A stretch of DNA of 31,257 bases from Candidatus Nanohaloarchaea archaeon (GCA_042217585.1 JBDGSJ010000006.1:1-31257), one strand, 5' to 3'. Shown: positions 8,785 to 17,262, counted from the stretch's first letter. Translations and numbers: made by a program. The notes: a model not told the origin generated them from the letters alone.

Positions 8785-9387
8785 TCATCTGGCCGGAACA
8801 GTCCCGTTCGGCGGACCCCCGCCCGGGTCGTTCACCGGCGCCTCTCCCGTCTCACCTATCGGTCCGCTCTCGGATACCACTGGGAGGAGGTTGTAGCCCT
8901 GCGGTCCGCGCTGGACCACCTCTATGTCGAAGAAGAACCCTGTCGAACCGCCCGCCGATACCGTGAAGGACTGCGTGACCATGAGCTTCCCCGAGGGGAC
9001 ACGGATATTGACGTTCCTGCCGGATACCTCTCCCTCGGCGTCAAGGACGTGAAGCTCTATCTTTTCGTAAGTACCGGGCGCGAGCGAGGTGTTCAGTACC
9101 GACTTCCTCTTCTCCCCCTGGACCTCGGTCAGGTCGACCGTCGGCCTCTCAAGGACCAGTTCCGTGCTGGAGTTCGAGGAGTTCCTGAAAACGACCGCCT
9201 TGGAGAAAGTCACGTTCAGGTAATCGAATTTTTCGATGGCTGTCGGCTGGTCGCTTATGTAGAGCCTGAACTCTCCTGAACTCTTCTGATCAGCACCCTG
9301 GTGGATGCAGCCCGAGACCACCGCCACAACACCCATAACGAGCAGGGCGGAGGACCTTACACTCTTTTCTTCGCTGAGATGAATCAT
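8785..9387 (-). CDS. DUF4382-domain lipoprotein
   Basis: Hydrophobic signal ending in lipobox-like VSGC; LYISDQP...LNVT, VDLT, GTYEKIEL, VPSGKL, LLPV pattern typical of DUF4382. Confidence 0.85.
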   Translation of the reverse strand: MIHLSEEKSVRSSALLVMGVVAVVSGCIHQGADQKSSGEFRLYISDQPTAIEKFDYLNVTFSKAVVFRNSSNSSTELVLERPTVDLTEVQGEKRKSVLNTSLAPGTYEKIELHVLDAEGEVSGRNVNIRVPSGKLMVTQSFTVSAGGSTGFFFDIEVVQRGPQGYNLLPVVSESGPIGETGEAPVNDPGGGPPNGTVPAR

Positions 9388-9600
9388 CGTGGAGCCTCCA
9401 TCGGCTCCCCTCTCCCATCAGGTGTTTTGCGGCCCTTCTTTTTACAGGTTTGGTCCGGATCTGAACCGGAGGAAACAGCCCCTGAGAAAGAATTAAAAGC
9501 AGTAATTCACAAGAAAACAATATGGCGGACCGGTGTGAGCCCGGATGTCAGTCCTCCATTCTCCAAAACCTTCTACTACCCGGATCTGAAGTGCGGTAAG

Positions 9601-10182
9601 ATGAGTTCAGAGCCTGCCGCGGCGGCAGGCTCGACCCCGGATATCGAGACGCGGTCCGACCACCAGCAGATCATCGACGCCCTGACGGACCGCTACCTGG
9701 AGGATTACCAGGATTCACGGTGGGACCTCGCGCTCAGGGAGGTCGAGTACTTCTACAGCGAGGAGAACTCCCCGGGGGAAAGAGATGAACTCTACGGCCA
9801 CCCGAAGGGCGAGCTCGACTTCGGGCTCGTGGACCTTGACCGGCAGGAGATAGTCTACCACGAGGTCAAATCCAGCAGGAAGTACATGGAGGACGGCCTG
9901 GAACAGATCGAGAGGCTGGAAGAGACGGTCGAGAACCTGAACGAGCACCTGGACTCGGAGTGGGATGTCGATGGCGAGGTCGTGACCCCTGAGGAGATAG
10001 ACCTGGAAGGACTGGACCCGTCGGACTACGGGGACGCTGTCTACTGTTCACGGGAGACCGCGAACCGCCTCAGGTCCTCGGATCCGTTCTCCGAGATATC
10101 CAGCCACCTCTTCGATGACGAGATACCTCTGGAGGACGCACCAGCGCTGGAAAGACAGGTTGAGGAACTCTACGCCTCCTAG
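9601..10182 (+). CDS. PD-(D/E)xK superfamily nuclease-like protein (193 aa; start moved to ATG 9601)
   Basis: REVEY...GELDFGLV...YHEVKSS...EQIER; the acidic coding signal begins at MSSEPA. Confidence 0.72.
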   Translation: MSSEPAAAAGSTPDIETRSDHQQIIDALTDRYLEDYQDSRWDLALREVEYFYSEENSPGERDELYGHPKGELDFGLVDLDRQEIVYHEVKSSRKYMEDGLEQIERLEETVENLNEHLDSEWDVDGEVVTPEEIDLEGLDPSDYGDAVYCSRETANRLRSSDPFSEISSHLFDDEIPLEDAPALERQVEELYAS

Positions 10183-10655
10183 AACATCATCACAGCTATT
10201 AACACCGAGAAACCGGTCAGTACTGCGGGGAAGACCATCACCGCGGCCCGGTGAAAGCTGGAGCCGTACAGGTAATGCGTCATGTAGATGTAACCGGTCA
10301 GCACCAGCCCGAAACCCCCGAAGAAACCGAGCGGCAACACAAGGAGCTTCATGGGTGACATCAGGCCGACCACGGTCACTATATCACCCATGTTGTTCTG
10401 CTCCGGCATCATGGCGCGGCCCAGACCGTAGAAGACCACTATCTCCGCCGCGAAACTCACAGCGAGTATAGATAGCATGCTGTCCATGAAACCCCTGGAA
10501 GTCTCGCTCTGCTGGGAGAAACCCTGGACGATCTCCGCGATCGCCTGGTCCGGCATCAGACCGCTGAGGCTAAGAAATAGTATAGCAGCCACGATGAGGA
10601 AAAGAGCGGCGAACTCCTCACGCTCGGAGGGTTCTATACCCAGAAAATCAGACAT
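10179..10655 (-). CDS. Membrane protein, Yip1-like topology
   Basis: About five hydrophobic helices; HYLYGSSFHRAA resembles the Yip1 C-terminal turn. Confidence 0.6.
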   Translation of the reverse strand: MSDFLGIEPSEREEFAALFLIVAAILFLSLSGLMPDQAIAEIVQGFSQQSETSRGFMDSMLSILAVSFAAEIVVFYGLGRAMMPEQNNMGDIVTVVGLMSPMKLLVLPLGFFGGFGLVLTGYIYMTHYLYGSSFHRAAVMVFPAVLTGFSVLIAVMMF

Positions 10656-10685
10656 GCTTGAGATTTCTACCCGGACATTAAAAAA

Positions 10686-11732
10686 TCACAGTAGTACCAG
10701 GAACAGCGGGACAGCCACCATCATGAACGAGAAACCTGCGAAAGCACGATCATCAGTCATCAGCCGGTCAAAGACGAACTTCAGCCCCCTGAAGTACCGG
10801 TCGTAGAACAGCATGAACAGCACCGTCACCGCGGAAGCCGCAAGACCGAGCACGAGAAGGACCCTCATCCCTGCCTCTGTCCCCACTACCGTTGCGGCCA
10901 GCAGCGTATCGACGAGAGTCGTGACGTTCGCACCGAGGATATACGGCACCACTTCCTCCCTCCTTATCAGGTCCTGATTGTAGAGCGGAACTATCAACCC
11001 GAGAGAAAGCGACACGCTCGCCGTGAGGACCGTGAGCAATCCTCCCGCGAGCAGTGAGAGCCACCGGTTGTCCAGCAGGAACCTCACGTAGTCTCCAGCC
11101 AGCCTGTTCCTTCCGAGGTCCGCGAACGCCCTGTCAAACCTGTTCAGCGCGAGGAAGAGGAACGCGACCGCCGCGGCCAGCGAAAATGAAGGACCGAGAA
11201 AACCCTGGAATAACCTGACCGAGGGAGAGAAAAGAGCACCCAGAGAATACCGGAGGATTGCCGGCCCCTGGACCTCAAGGAAACCGAGCCCGAGATTCTC
11301 TGTCAGCAGGTAGCCTGCTGCGGTCGCTGGGATGTAGACCGAGTAAGTCACGAGGAACGAAAGTATTCCGACCGACACAGAGTCCACTATACTCTCGTTC
11401 TCCCCGCTGAAGTACTCAAGAACACCTATAAGTACAACGATAAAGGTTGCGCCAAGCCTTGAACCCGATGCAAGAAGGAAATACTGCCCGGAGTCCAGGA
11501 TACCCTCCCTCAGGAATGCAAGCCCTACAGCAGCAACAGTCGACCCGTTCAAGAGCATATAGGAAGCGAACCATCCCGAGCCGAGAGCGGAAAGATCATC
11601 AGTAATCACGTCCGAGAGCACAGACCTCAGGAAGGGAGCAAGCTCGGACGTGGAGGCGGTCAGGAGCTGAAGCGAGAATACGAACACAAGAACCGCAGTA
11701 AGCCCGTAGAAAACCCTTTTCGCCGCGCTCAT
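10686..11732 (-). CDS. Na+/phosphate symporter (NptA/SLC34-like, no PhoU domain)
   Basis: Repeated motifs LLNGSTVAA...GSRLGAT and TASVSLSL...PYILGANVTTL; many TM helices. Confidence 0.85.
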   Translation of the reverse strand: MSAAKRVFYGLTAVLVFVFSLQLLTASTSELAPFLRSVLSDVITDDLSALGSGWFASYMLLNGSTVAAVGLAFLREGILDSGQYFLLASGSRLGATFIVVLIGVLEYFSGENESIVDSVSVGILSFLVTYSVYIPATAAGYLLTENLGLGFLEVQGPAILRYSLGALFSPSVRLFQGFLGPSFSLAAAVAFLFLALNRFDRAFADLGRNRLAGDYVRFLLDNRWLSLLAGGLLTVLTASVSLSLGLIVPLYNQDLIRREEVVPYILGANVTTLVDTLLAATVVGTEAGMRVLLVLGLAASAVTVLFMLFYDRYFRGLKFVFDRLMTDDRAFAGFSFMMVAVPLFLVLL

Positions 11733-11774
11733 CACAGGCAACTTTTAACCTTCCGGACCTAAAAGGGTACCTGT

Positions 11775-12287
11775 ATGGGGCTGGAGAAGGAACCCACGGA
11801 AGCCGATAAAGAGGAATACGAGGAAGCCACGGTGCTCGGGGACGCCACCCCTGAGGAGTTCGCAGGCCTCGAGGAGAGGACAGGACCTAAAGAGGATATC
11901 AACCTGATAGTCAGGACCGAACCGAGCGACGGCGGCAAGAAGGTCCTCGCCGTCACCAACAAGCGCGCCATCTCCTTCACTTCAGGAGACACGCGCCTTC
12001 TCGGCGAGAAAAACACCTTCCAGGACCTGAAGATAGACTCCATCGAGGACATAGAGGTCCAGGAGAGAGAGGGATTTGACAGGATGAAGGTTTCCGCCGC
12101 TGGACCGGAGCGGACTTTTATGGTACCCCCCGGCACCGGAGTGAAGGTGGCCGGCCACATCAGGGAGATACAGGAGAATCCGGACCCCACCAAACAGCTT
12201 GAGAAACTGGAGAAGAAGAGGGAGATGGGAGCTATCTCACCGGAAGAGTACGAGAAGGAAAGGGACCGGATCGAGGACATGATGTGA
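11775..12287 (+). CDS. Bacterial-type PH domain plus C-terminal SHOCT domain protein
   Basis: VLAVTNKRAISF (bPH-like); QLEKLEKKREMGAISPEEYEKERDRI (SHOCT pattern). Confidence 0.8.
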   Translation: MGLEKEPTEADKEEYEEATVLGDATPEEFAGLEERTGPKEDINLIVRTEPSDGGKKVLAVTNKRAISFTSGDTRLLGEKNTFQDLKIDSIEDIEVQEREGFDRMKVSAAGPERTFMVPPGTGVKVAGHIREIQENPDPTKQLEKLEKKREMGAISPEEYEKERDRIEDMM

Positions 12288-12361
12288 TACCGCACAACGC
12301 CGTCCTTCCCGGGAAACGAAGAGTTATTTTAAAAGCGTTATTACCTTAATGTGACAGTGTA

Positions 12362-12952
12362 ATGGGGGAGCGACTGCGGTTGAAGGACCTTGAGAACATG
12401 TACCACATGAAGAAGCGCGAAGAGCTTCAGCGCCGTCTCTCGGACAGCTTCAGGAAGGCAGGGACCGACGCCAGAGAGTACGGGATAGAGACTCCTGAGG
12501 ACCTTGACGTGGAATTCGTCCCGGGTATTTACAGGCAGGGATCGTGGTCCGGGAAGTACGACGGCGAACAGATACTGGTCAGCGGTCCATCTGGACCGAA
12601 CTACTCGGTTGACAGCGTGATATCAAGAGGTCTTCTCCACGCCGAGAACACGCGCAGGATGGGAGACGAACCCCAGAGTTCACAGGTGCTCAAGGCCCGC
12701 GGCATAGAGACCCTCTACGGCCTCTACCGGGAGGGCCTGACCTCCGACCGGGAGAAGATGGGTGTGGCGCTCCAGCAGACCCGGAAGATGTTCAACAGGA
12801 ACCCAGCCTACCCGGACAGGGCCGGCGACGCGATAGCCCGGGTCCCCGCGGACATGGTGAAGCTGAACGGCGAGATAGAGAAAGAAGAGATGAAGGAGAT
12901 CATAGACGGTTTCATGGCCGAGGTCGAGGAAGATTACAGCCAGAGGCGTTGA
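12362..12952 (+). CDS. Hypothetical protein
   Basis: Typical codon usage; AT-rich promoter region upstream. Confidence 0.7.
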   Translation: MGERLRLKDLENMYHMKKREELQRRLSDSFRKAGTDAREYGIETPEDLDVEFVPGIYRQGSWSGKYDGEQILVSGPSGPNYSVDSVISRGLLHAENTRRMGDEPQSSQVLKARGIETLYGLYREGLTSDREKMGVALQQTRKMFNRNPAYPDRAGDAIARVPADMVKLNGEIEKEEMKEIIDGFMAEVEEDYSQRR

Positions 12953-13798
12953 TCAGACAGCTCTCGCCTGATACACGTTGTTCCTCTGTGACTCCTCCAG
13001 CTCTCCCGCGTCGACCTTCTCCCTGTAGACGATATCACCATCGCCGTAGACTATGACCTCTTCGCCAGTGAGTTCCGCCTCCACGCGGTCCATATCACCG
13101 GCTGTCAGGTCGACCAGTAGCTCCCTGCCGCCATCCATGTCGTATGTATCCATGTAATCAGGAGTTTCTGCCTCCTCAGGCTCCTCCAGCTCTCCGTCGA
13201 AGTACTGACTCACAGCCGGATCGTCGGGCGAAGCCGCTATCTCGCTTCCTGTCTGTCTCAGTATGCTCGAATCCATCCGGTCCGGAAGACCGTCCTCGGT
13301 GTAAAGCACCGGGACCACGAAGTTGTTCTGGTCCAGCGCATCCTCGACGACGTCCTCGTAGCCGTTCGTGACGAACCTGCTGGACCGGAGCCGGTCCTGG
13401 AGCACCTCGCCCCGTCGGACCGTAACCGGGTAAACCTCGTCCAGACCGTCGAAGACCATGTAGGCCGGTATCTCGTCCTCGCCGTCCATCATGGATATAA
13501 CGTCATCGCTGGCGAAAACCGGGTTCTCGTCCTTTTCCGAAAGGGAGCTCCGGAAGTCCTCCACGAAGTCCTGTATCTTCTCGTGGAGCTGGTCCTCGTC
13601 TTCGCCGCCGTACTCCATGTACAGGTCGCTGGACATGTTGAAGCTCGGCGCAGACATCGCCCGGGTCTCGGGATCTGTGAACTGCGCGAATTCGACATTC
13701 CACGGTGTCTCCGAGCTGAAACGGCGGTGGCTTGCGACAGGCTCTCCCAGCTCCTCCGCAAGGTCCTCATCCAGCACCTCATGCACTCTATTCGCCAT
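12953..13798 (-). CDS. Acidic protein with a C-terminal Hsp20/alpha-crystallin-like domain
   Basis: C-terminal MDTYDMDGGRELLVDL...DRVEAELTGEEVIVYG...RNNVYQARAV follows the alpha-crystallin strand pattern; N-terminal about 200 aa unrecognised. Confidence 0.6.
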   Translation of the reverse strand: MANRVHEVLDEDLAEELGEPVASHRRFSSETPWNVEFAQFTDPETRAMSAPSFNMSSDLYMEYGGEDEDQLHEKIQDFVEDFRSSLSEKDENPVFASDDVISMMDGEDEIPAYMVFDGLDEVYPVTVRRGEVLQDRLRSSRFVTNGYEDVVEDALDQNNFVVPVLYTEDGLPDRMDSSILRQTGSEIAASPDDPAVSQYFDGELEEPEEAETPDYMDTYDMDGGRELLVDLTAGDMDRVEAELTGEEVIVYGDGDIVYREKVDAGELEESQRNNVYQARAV

Positions 13799-13860
13799 GA
13801 AGAGTACCTCGAAGACCTACATTAACGCTCAGAAGATAAAAACGTATGGGGAGGGCCGAG

Positions 13861-13980
13861 TCATATCTTTCCGAGGCAGGACTCATGAACCCTTGAACCG
13901 GATACTTTCACCCCTCTCCCTTCAGGGAGCTCCTCCCCGCAGACGTCGCAGTGCTGGCTATAATCTTTCGCGATTGGCAT
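13861..13980 (-). CDS. 39-aa zinc-finger microprotein (CxxC-x17-HxxC), missed by the ORF track
   Basis: MPIAKDYSQHCDVCGEELPEGRGVKVSGSRVHESCLGKI*; ATG 30 nt downstream of a minus-strand TATAAAAT; occupies an otherwise empty gap. Confidence 0.8.
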   Translation of the reverse strand: MPIAKDYSQHCDVCGEELPEGRGVKVSGSRVHESCLGKI

Positions 13981-13988
13981 GTTGTTTT

Positions 13989-14035
13989 ATACGATCTATC
14001 GGATTTTATATTTTTCTCCATACAAATGTTCGGTA
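13989..14035. promoter_or_regulatory. Two putative Lrp-family operator boxes in a divergent promoter
   Basis: ACGATCTATCGG (13991-14002) and ACAAATGTTCGG (14022-14033), both preceded by AT, 31 bp apart. Confidence 0.5.
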
Positions 14036-14067
14036 TTTTTAAAAAGCTCTCCCGTCATCCCTGACAC

Positions 14068-14538
14068 ATGAAGATCGACGATACTGACCTCAAGATACTG
14101 GAGGAGCTCAGGGAAGACGGCAGGAGATCCCTCCGTCAGATCGCCGAGAACCTGGACCTTTCCCCCTCCACCGCCAGCAACCGGTTCAAGAAGATGAAGG
14201 AAGAGGGCGTGATAAAGGGTTTCTTCCCCGAGATCGACCATGAGGCCATAGGTTTCTCCTTCACAACTATAACCCATATCAGGGCCGCCTCCGGCGGTAT
14301 AGACACGATAAAGGAAGAGCTATCGGACCGTGGCTTCGTCTCAAGCTACTACACCGTAACGGGAGACACAGATATAATCGCGATATGCGGATTCCTGAAC
14401 AGAGAGAAGATGAACAGGCACCTGCAGGACCTCCAGTCGCTCGAAGGTATAGAGGACATCCGGACGAACGTTGTGCTGGAGGCAGAAGGTATGAGAGGAT
14501 CGTTGGATTTTTCACCTATCAAGGAGGAAATTGACTAG
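14068..14538 (+). CDS. Lrp/AsnC family transcriptional regulator
   Basis: IDDTDLKILEELREDGRRSLRQIAENLDLSPSTASNRFKKM HTH; YTVTGDTD RAM-domain motif. Confidence 0.95.
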   Translation: MKIDDTDLKILEELREDGRRSLRQIAENLDLSPSTASNRFKKMKEEGVIKGFFPEIDHEAIGFSFTTITHIRAASGGIDTIKEELSDRGFVSSYYTVTGDTDIIAICGFLNREKMNRHLQDLQSLEGIEDIRTNVVLEAEGMRGSLDFSPIKEEID

Positions 14539-15650
14539 AGCTCTTCCTGTGTTAGAAGCCGGACCTGACCGGAGGAAACTGTATCAGATATAGATTTACC
14601 CACGGCGTACTCAGCGCCGATCTCCTCCGCCTTCTCGACCGCCTCACCGTCCAGCTCGCCGTCGATCAGGAGTGAATGCGCCTCCTGTTCCAGGCCGCCT
14701 ATCCTGTCGGCCGGAACCTTCTCAAGGATCTCTCCCGCCTCATCCACCGAGTTCGCCGCGCGCGTCCCGGTGAGATCCTTCATGAGTTCGGAGAAACGTT
14801 CCCTCAGTTCGTCCTCGAGCTCCGTCTCCACATCTGGTTCGTCGACGTACTTCACCGGCGAGCGGTCCCTGAGCGCCTCGTGGACCTGCTCCTTCGAGAG
14901 CTCCTCGACCTCCTTGTCCTCCGGCGCCCGCGCGACGTACTCGGGCTCGGCCTTCTCCTTCAGCTCCTTCAGTATCAGGTCTCCGCCGCGGTCCCCGTCG
15001 AGGAACGCCGTCAGCCTCCTCTCCTCCGCTATCTCCGCTATCTTTGGCGGGACCGATGTACCGCCGATACCCAGGCAGTTCTTTACGCCGTGCTTCAGGA
15101 GGTTGAGGACGTCGGCCTTCCCCTCCACTATTATCAGTTCGTCGGAGGTCCTGGCGTCAGGCCCGGCGACGAATCCCTCGAACTCCGTGACCTCCTTCTC
15201 ACGGACCTCGTGCTTCAGTTCATCGGTCATCTCCTGCTTGTCCGGTTTCTCGTCGTTCAGGTCCTCGAGCAGCTGTTTCGCCCTCTTGACGATGTAGTCT
15301 CTCTTGTTGACCCGGACATCGCGGATCTCCTCTATCCTGATGTCCGCATTGCTGGGTCCAACCTGCTCGATGGTCTCGAGAGAAGCCGCGAGAAGCGCTG
15401 TATCGGTCGCGTCCATAGAGGAAGGTATCTTTATCTTCGCGGTCGAGGAGCCGTCCTCATCGTGGACCTCGACATCCATCCTGCCGACCTTTCCGCGGTC
15501 GTTCAGTTCCCTGAGATCCATCTGCTCTCCCATCAATCCTTCCGTCTGTCCAAAGATCGCTCCTATGACGTCAGATTTCTCTATCATACCGGAGGCATCC
15601 AGCTCCGCCTCGATCATGTACTTCACGTTGTCCTGCGCTATCTTACCCAT
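14535..15650 (-). CDS. dnaG: Archaeal DnaG (TOPRIM; exosome-associated)
   Basis: SDVIGAIFGQTEGL N-terminal motif; IIVEGKADV and AFLDGDRGG TOPRIM motifs; ATG 15650 preceded by GGTGG. Confidence 0.95.
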   Translation of the reverse strand: MGKIAQDNVKYMIEAELDASGMIEKSDVIGAIFGQTEGLMGEQMDLRELNDRGKVGRMDVEVHDEDGSSTAKIKIPSSMDATDTALLAASLETIEQVGPSNADIRIEEIRDVRVNKRDYIVKRAKQLLEDLNDEKPDKQEMTDELKHEVREKEVTEFEGFVAGPDARTSDELIIVEGKADVLNLLKHGVKNCLGIGGTSVPPKIAEIAEERRLTAFLDGDRGGDLILKELKEKAEPEYVARAPEDKEVEELSKEQVHEALRDRSPVKYVDEPDVETELEDELRERFSELMKDLTGTRAANSVDEAGEILEKVPADRIGGLEQEAHSLLIDGELDGEAVEKAEEIGAEYAVGKSISDTVSSGQVRLLTQEEL

Positions 15651-15894
15651 CGTATCCACCCAGTCTTTCCTTTATCTCGTCCTCCGGGAGGTCCACCTTT
15701 ATCTTCTTCCTGCTGGACCTGTGCCCGGACACTATCCCGGGTCTCTCTCCGAGCAGGTCCTCCAGAAACTCCAGCAGCGCGCGGTTCGCTCTCCCGTTCT
15801 CGGGCTCCGCCGGGACCTTGACCACGGGATAGGTCTTCATCTCGACGCCGTACCCGTCGGCCCCCGGCTTCACCTTGACGTTTATCGTCGCCAT
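15643..15894 (-). CDS. DUF167/YggU (UPF0235) family protein
   Basis: VKVKPGA...VKVPAEPENGRANRALLEFL...IVSGHRSSRK; start moved to ATG 15894. Confidence 0.9.
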   Translation of the reverse strand: MATINVKVKPGADGYGVEMKTYPVVKVPAEPENGRANRALLEFLEDLLGERPGIVSGHRSSRKKIKVDLPEDEIKERLGGYDG

Positions 15895-15917
15895 GGTACC
15901 TAGTAAAATTATATTTG

Positions 15918-15983
15918 GCTGCCCCGTAACACAGACAGTCATCCCTGTCCCTTAGAGGTCTTGCCTGCTGACCGCAGAGCAGC
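15918..15983 (-). ncRNA. Candidate structured RNA or 5' leader (three-way junction) upstream of DUF167-dnaG
   Basis: GCUGCUCUG/CGGGGCAGC closing helix with internal GGUC/GACC and GGACAG/CUGUCU hairpins; G-U pairs favour the minus strand. Confidence 0.3.
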
Positions 15984-16024
15984 GCTAAATGATAATTGTT
16001 CAGTAAACCTTTTACCCAGTCCGG

Positions 16025-16648
16025 TCACTCGAAGAACTCTCTTTCCTCGGGGAAGTTCTCGTGGAGCAGCTGGTTGGTCTTGGTCTGGACCGGCTCCTCC
16101 CCGTGGTACTTACGGAGGTAGTTGAAGTAGTCAGCGAGCCGCTCCCTGGCGTACTCGGTGTCATGGACCAGTATGCCCTCGAGGATGGTCTCCTCGAACA
16201 CCCTCCTGAAGAACCGGTTCAGCGGGTTGGCGATGATCTTCGGCAGGAAGCTGATCCCTGAGGGCAGGTCGTAACGGACGTAGACATGGCCGATGTACTC
16301 GACGGTCCCGTAGTTGTTGTCGCCGGACGGAGGTATCTGGGTCTCTATCTCTATCTCAAGCTTCATCTCCCCTCTCCCGCTGGGAAGTTCATCTGTCACA
16401 TGCATCGTGGACCCGAAGCCCCCGCTGTCGATGTTCTGCTCGAAATGGGTCTCCGTCGGGGAGCCGAGGTCCATGTTCTGGCTGAGTAGCTGCTTGTGGC
16501 CTTCGTATATCTGTACTATCTGCGGGCTCTCGTACCACTCCAGCTTGTTCTGGAGTTCTGTCCACTCCCCTGCGAACAGCGGTGCCTCCCAGACCGTGCC
16601 GTCCGGCGTCTCGAGGAACATCTCCCTAAGCCATTCTCCCAGCGTCAT
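16025..16648 (-). CDS. Uncharacterised protein, paralog C of a tandem triplet (207 aa; start moved to ATG 16648)
   Basis: ATGA overlap with the upstream gene's stop; shares motifs with the two upstream genes. Confidence 0.8.
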   Translation of the reverse strand: MTLGEWLREMFLETPDGTVWEAPLFAGEWTELQNKLEWYESPQIVQIYEGHKQLLSQNMDLGSPTETHFEQNIDSGGFGSTMHVTDELPSGRGEMKLEIEIETQIPPSGDNNYGTVEYIGHVYVRYDLPSGISFLPKIIANPLNRFFRRVFEETILEGILVHDTEYARERLADYFNYLRKYHGEEPVQTKTNQLLHENFPEEREFFE

Positions 16649-17262
16649 CCGGACCACGGCGGCTCGTAGTGCGATGCTCCTGATTTTGAGATCGAGCTCT
16701 CCACCCCGAACTTCTGCCTCATCAGGTCGTGAAGGTGGATGACGAGCTCCTCGGCCTCTTCCTCGTATCCCTCGACCTCCTGCCTGTAGAAGATGTTGTA
16801 CCATATCCCCGCGACTATCCTGTAGAGCTTGGAGTCGTGAAAACCGTCCGAACCGCCGTCGAGATGGGTGTCGGGCACGCGGACCTTCGGAGTCCTTGTG
16901 ATCGGCTTCCCCATCCACGGCAGGGGATTCCCCTTCGGGTAGACAGTCACTACCTCGGAGCTGGTCTCTATCTCCGCCTTCATCACGCCCTCCCGCTCCA
17001 TCTCCTGGACCCCCTCGACCGGCGCAGAGTTCCAGGAGAGGTCCAGCCTTATCGCGGTGTACGGGCTCTTCTCCTTGTACGCGTGTATCTCGATGTCGTC
17101 CTCGGGGTCGCCGACTGAGAACTCCATCCTTCCCTCCTCGATTATATCCATCCCCAGCTCCTCCACCAGGACGTCCTTAAGCCCCCTGTAAATCCGGGCG
17201 GAGTCCTCCTCCACGAACAGGTGGTCCTCCTTCGACCCGCCATGCTCCCTGAAAGTCACCAT
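16645..17262 (-). CDS. Uncharacterised protein, paralog B of a tandem triplet
   Basis: TGATG overlap with the upstream gene; acidic; shared motifs. Confidence 0.82.
   Translation of the reverse strand: MVTFREHGGSKEDHLFVEEDSARIYRGLKDVLVEELGMDIIEEGRMEFSVGDPEDDIEIHAYKEKSPYTAIRLDLSWNSAPVEGVQEMEREGVMKAEIETSSEVVTVYPKGNPLPWMGKPITRTPKVRVPDTHLDGGSDGFHDSKLYRIVAGIWYNIFYRQEVEGYEEEAEELVIHLHDLMRQKFGVESSISKSGASHYEPPWSG

Noticed and set aside
9301..9600. 100-aa N-terminal extension of the nuclease ORF
   Set aside because: Overlaps the DUF4382 start and promoter region; typical acidic coding signal begins only at ATG 9601.
13848..13938. tRNA- or ncRNA-like fold-back (GGGGAGG...CCTCCCC with inner hairpins)
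   Set aside because: No T-loop or D-loop consensus and no cloverleaf; the region is explained by the 39-aa zinc-finger ORF.
15945..15970. GGCAAGACCTCT resembling the 3' end of a yybP-ykoY riboswitch
   Set aside because: The required 5' GGGGAGUA strand is absent.
15986..16007. Fur-box-like or ArsR-like TGATAATTGTTCA
   Set aside because: Imperfect symmetry, single copy, spacing differs from the operator at 81-106, and no Fur gene in the window.
16649..16918. 90-aa N-terminal extension of paralog C
   Set aside because: Out-of-frame overlap with paralog B and Arg-rich; the ATGA coupling at 16645-16648 gives the more plausible start.
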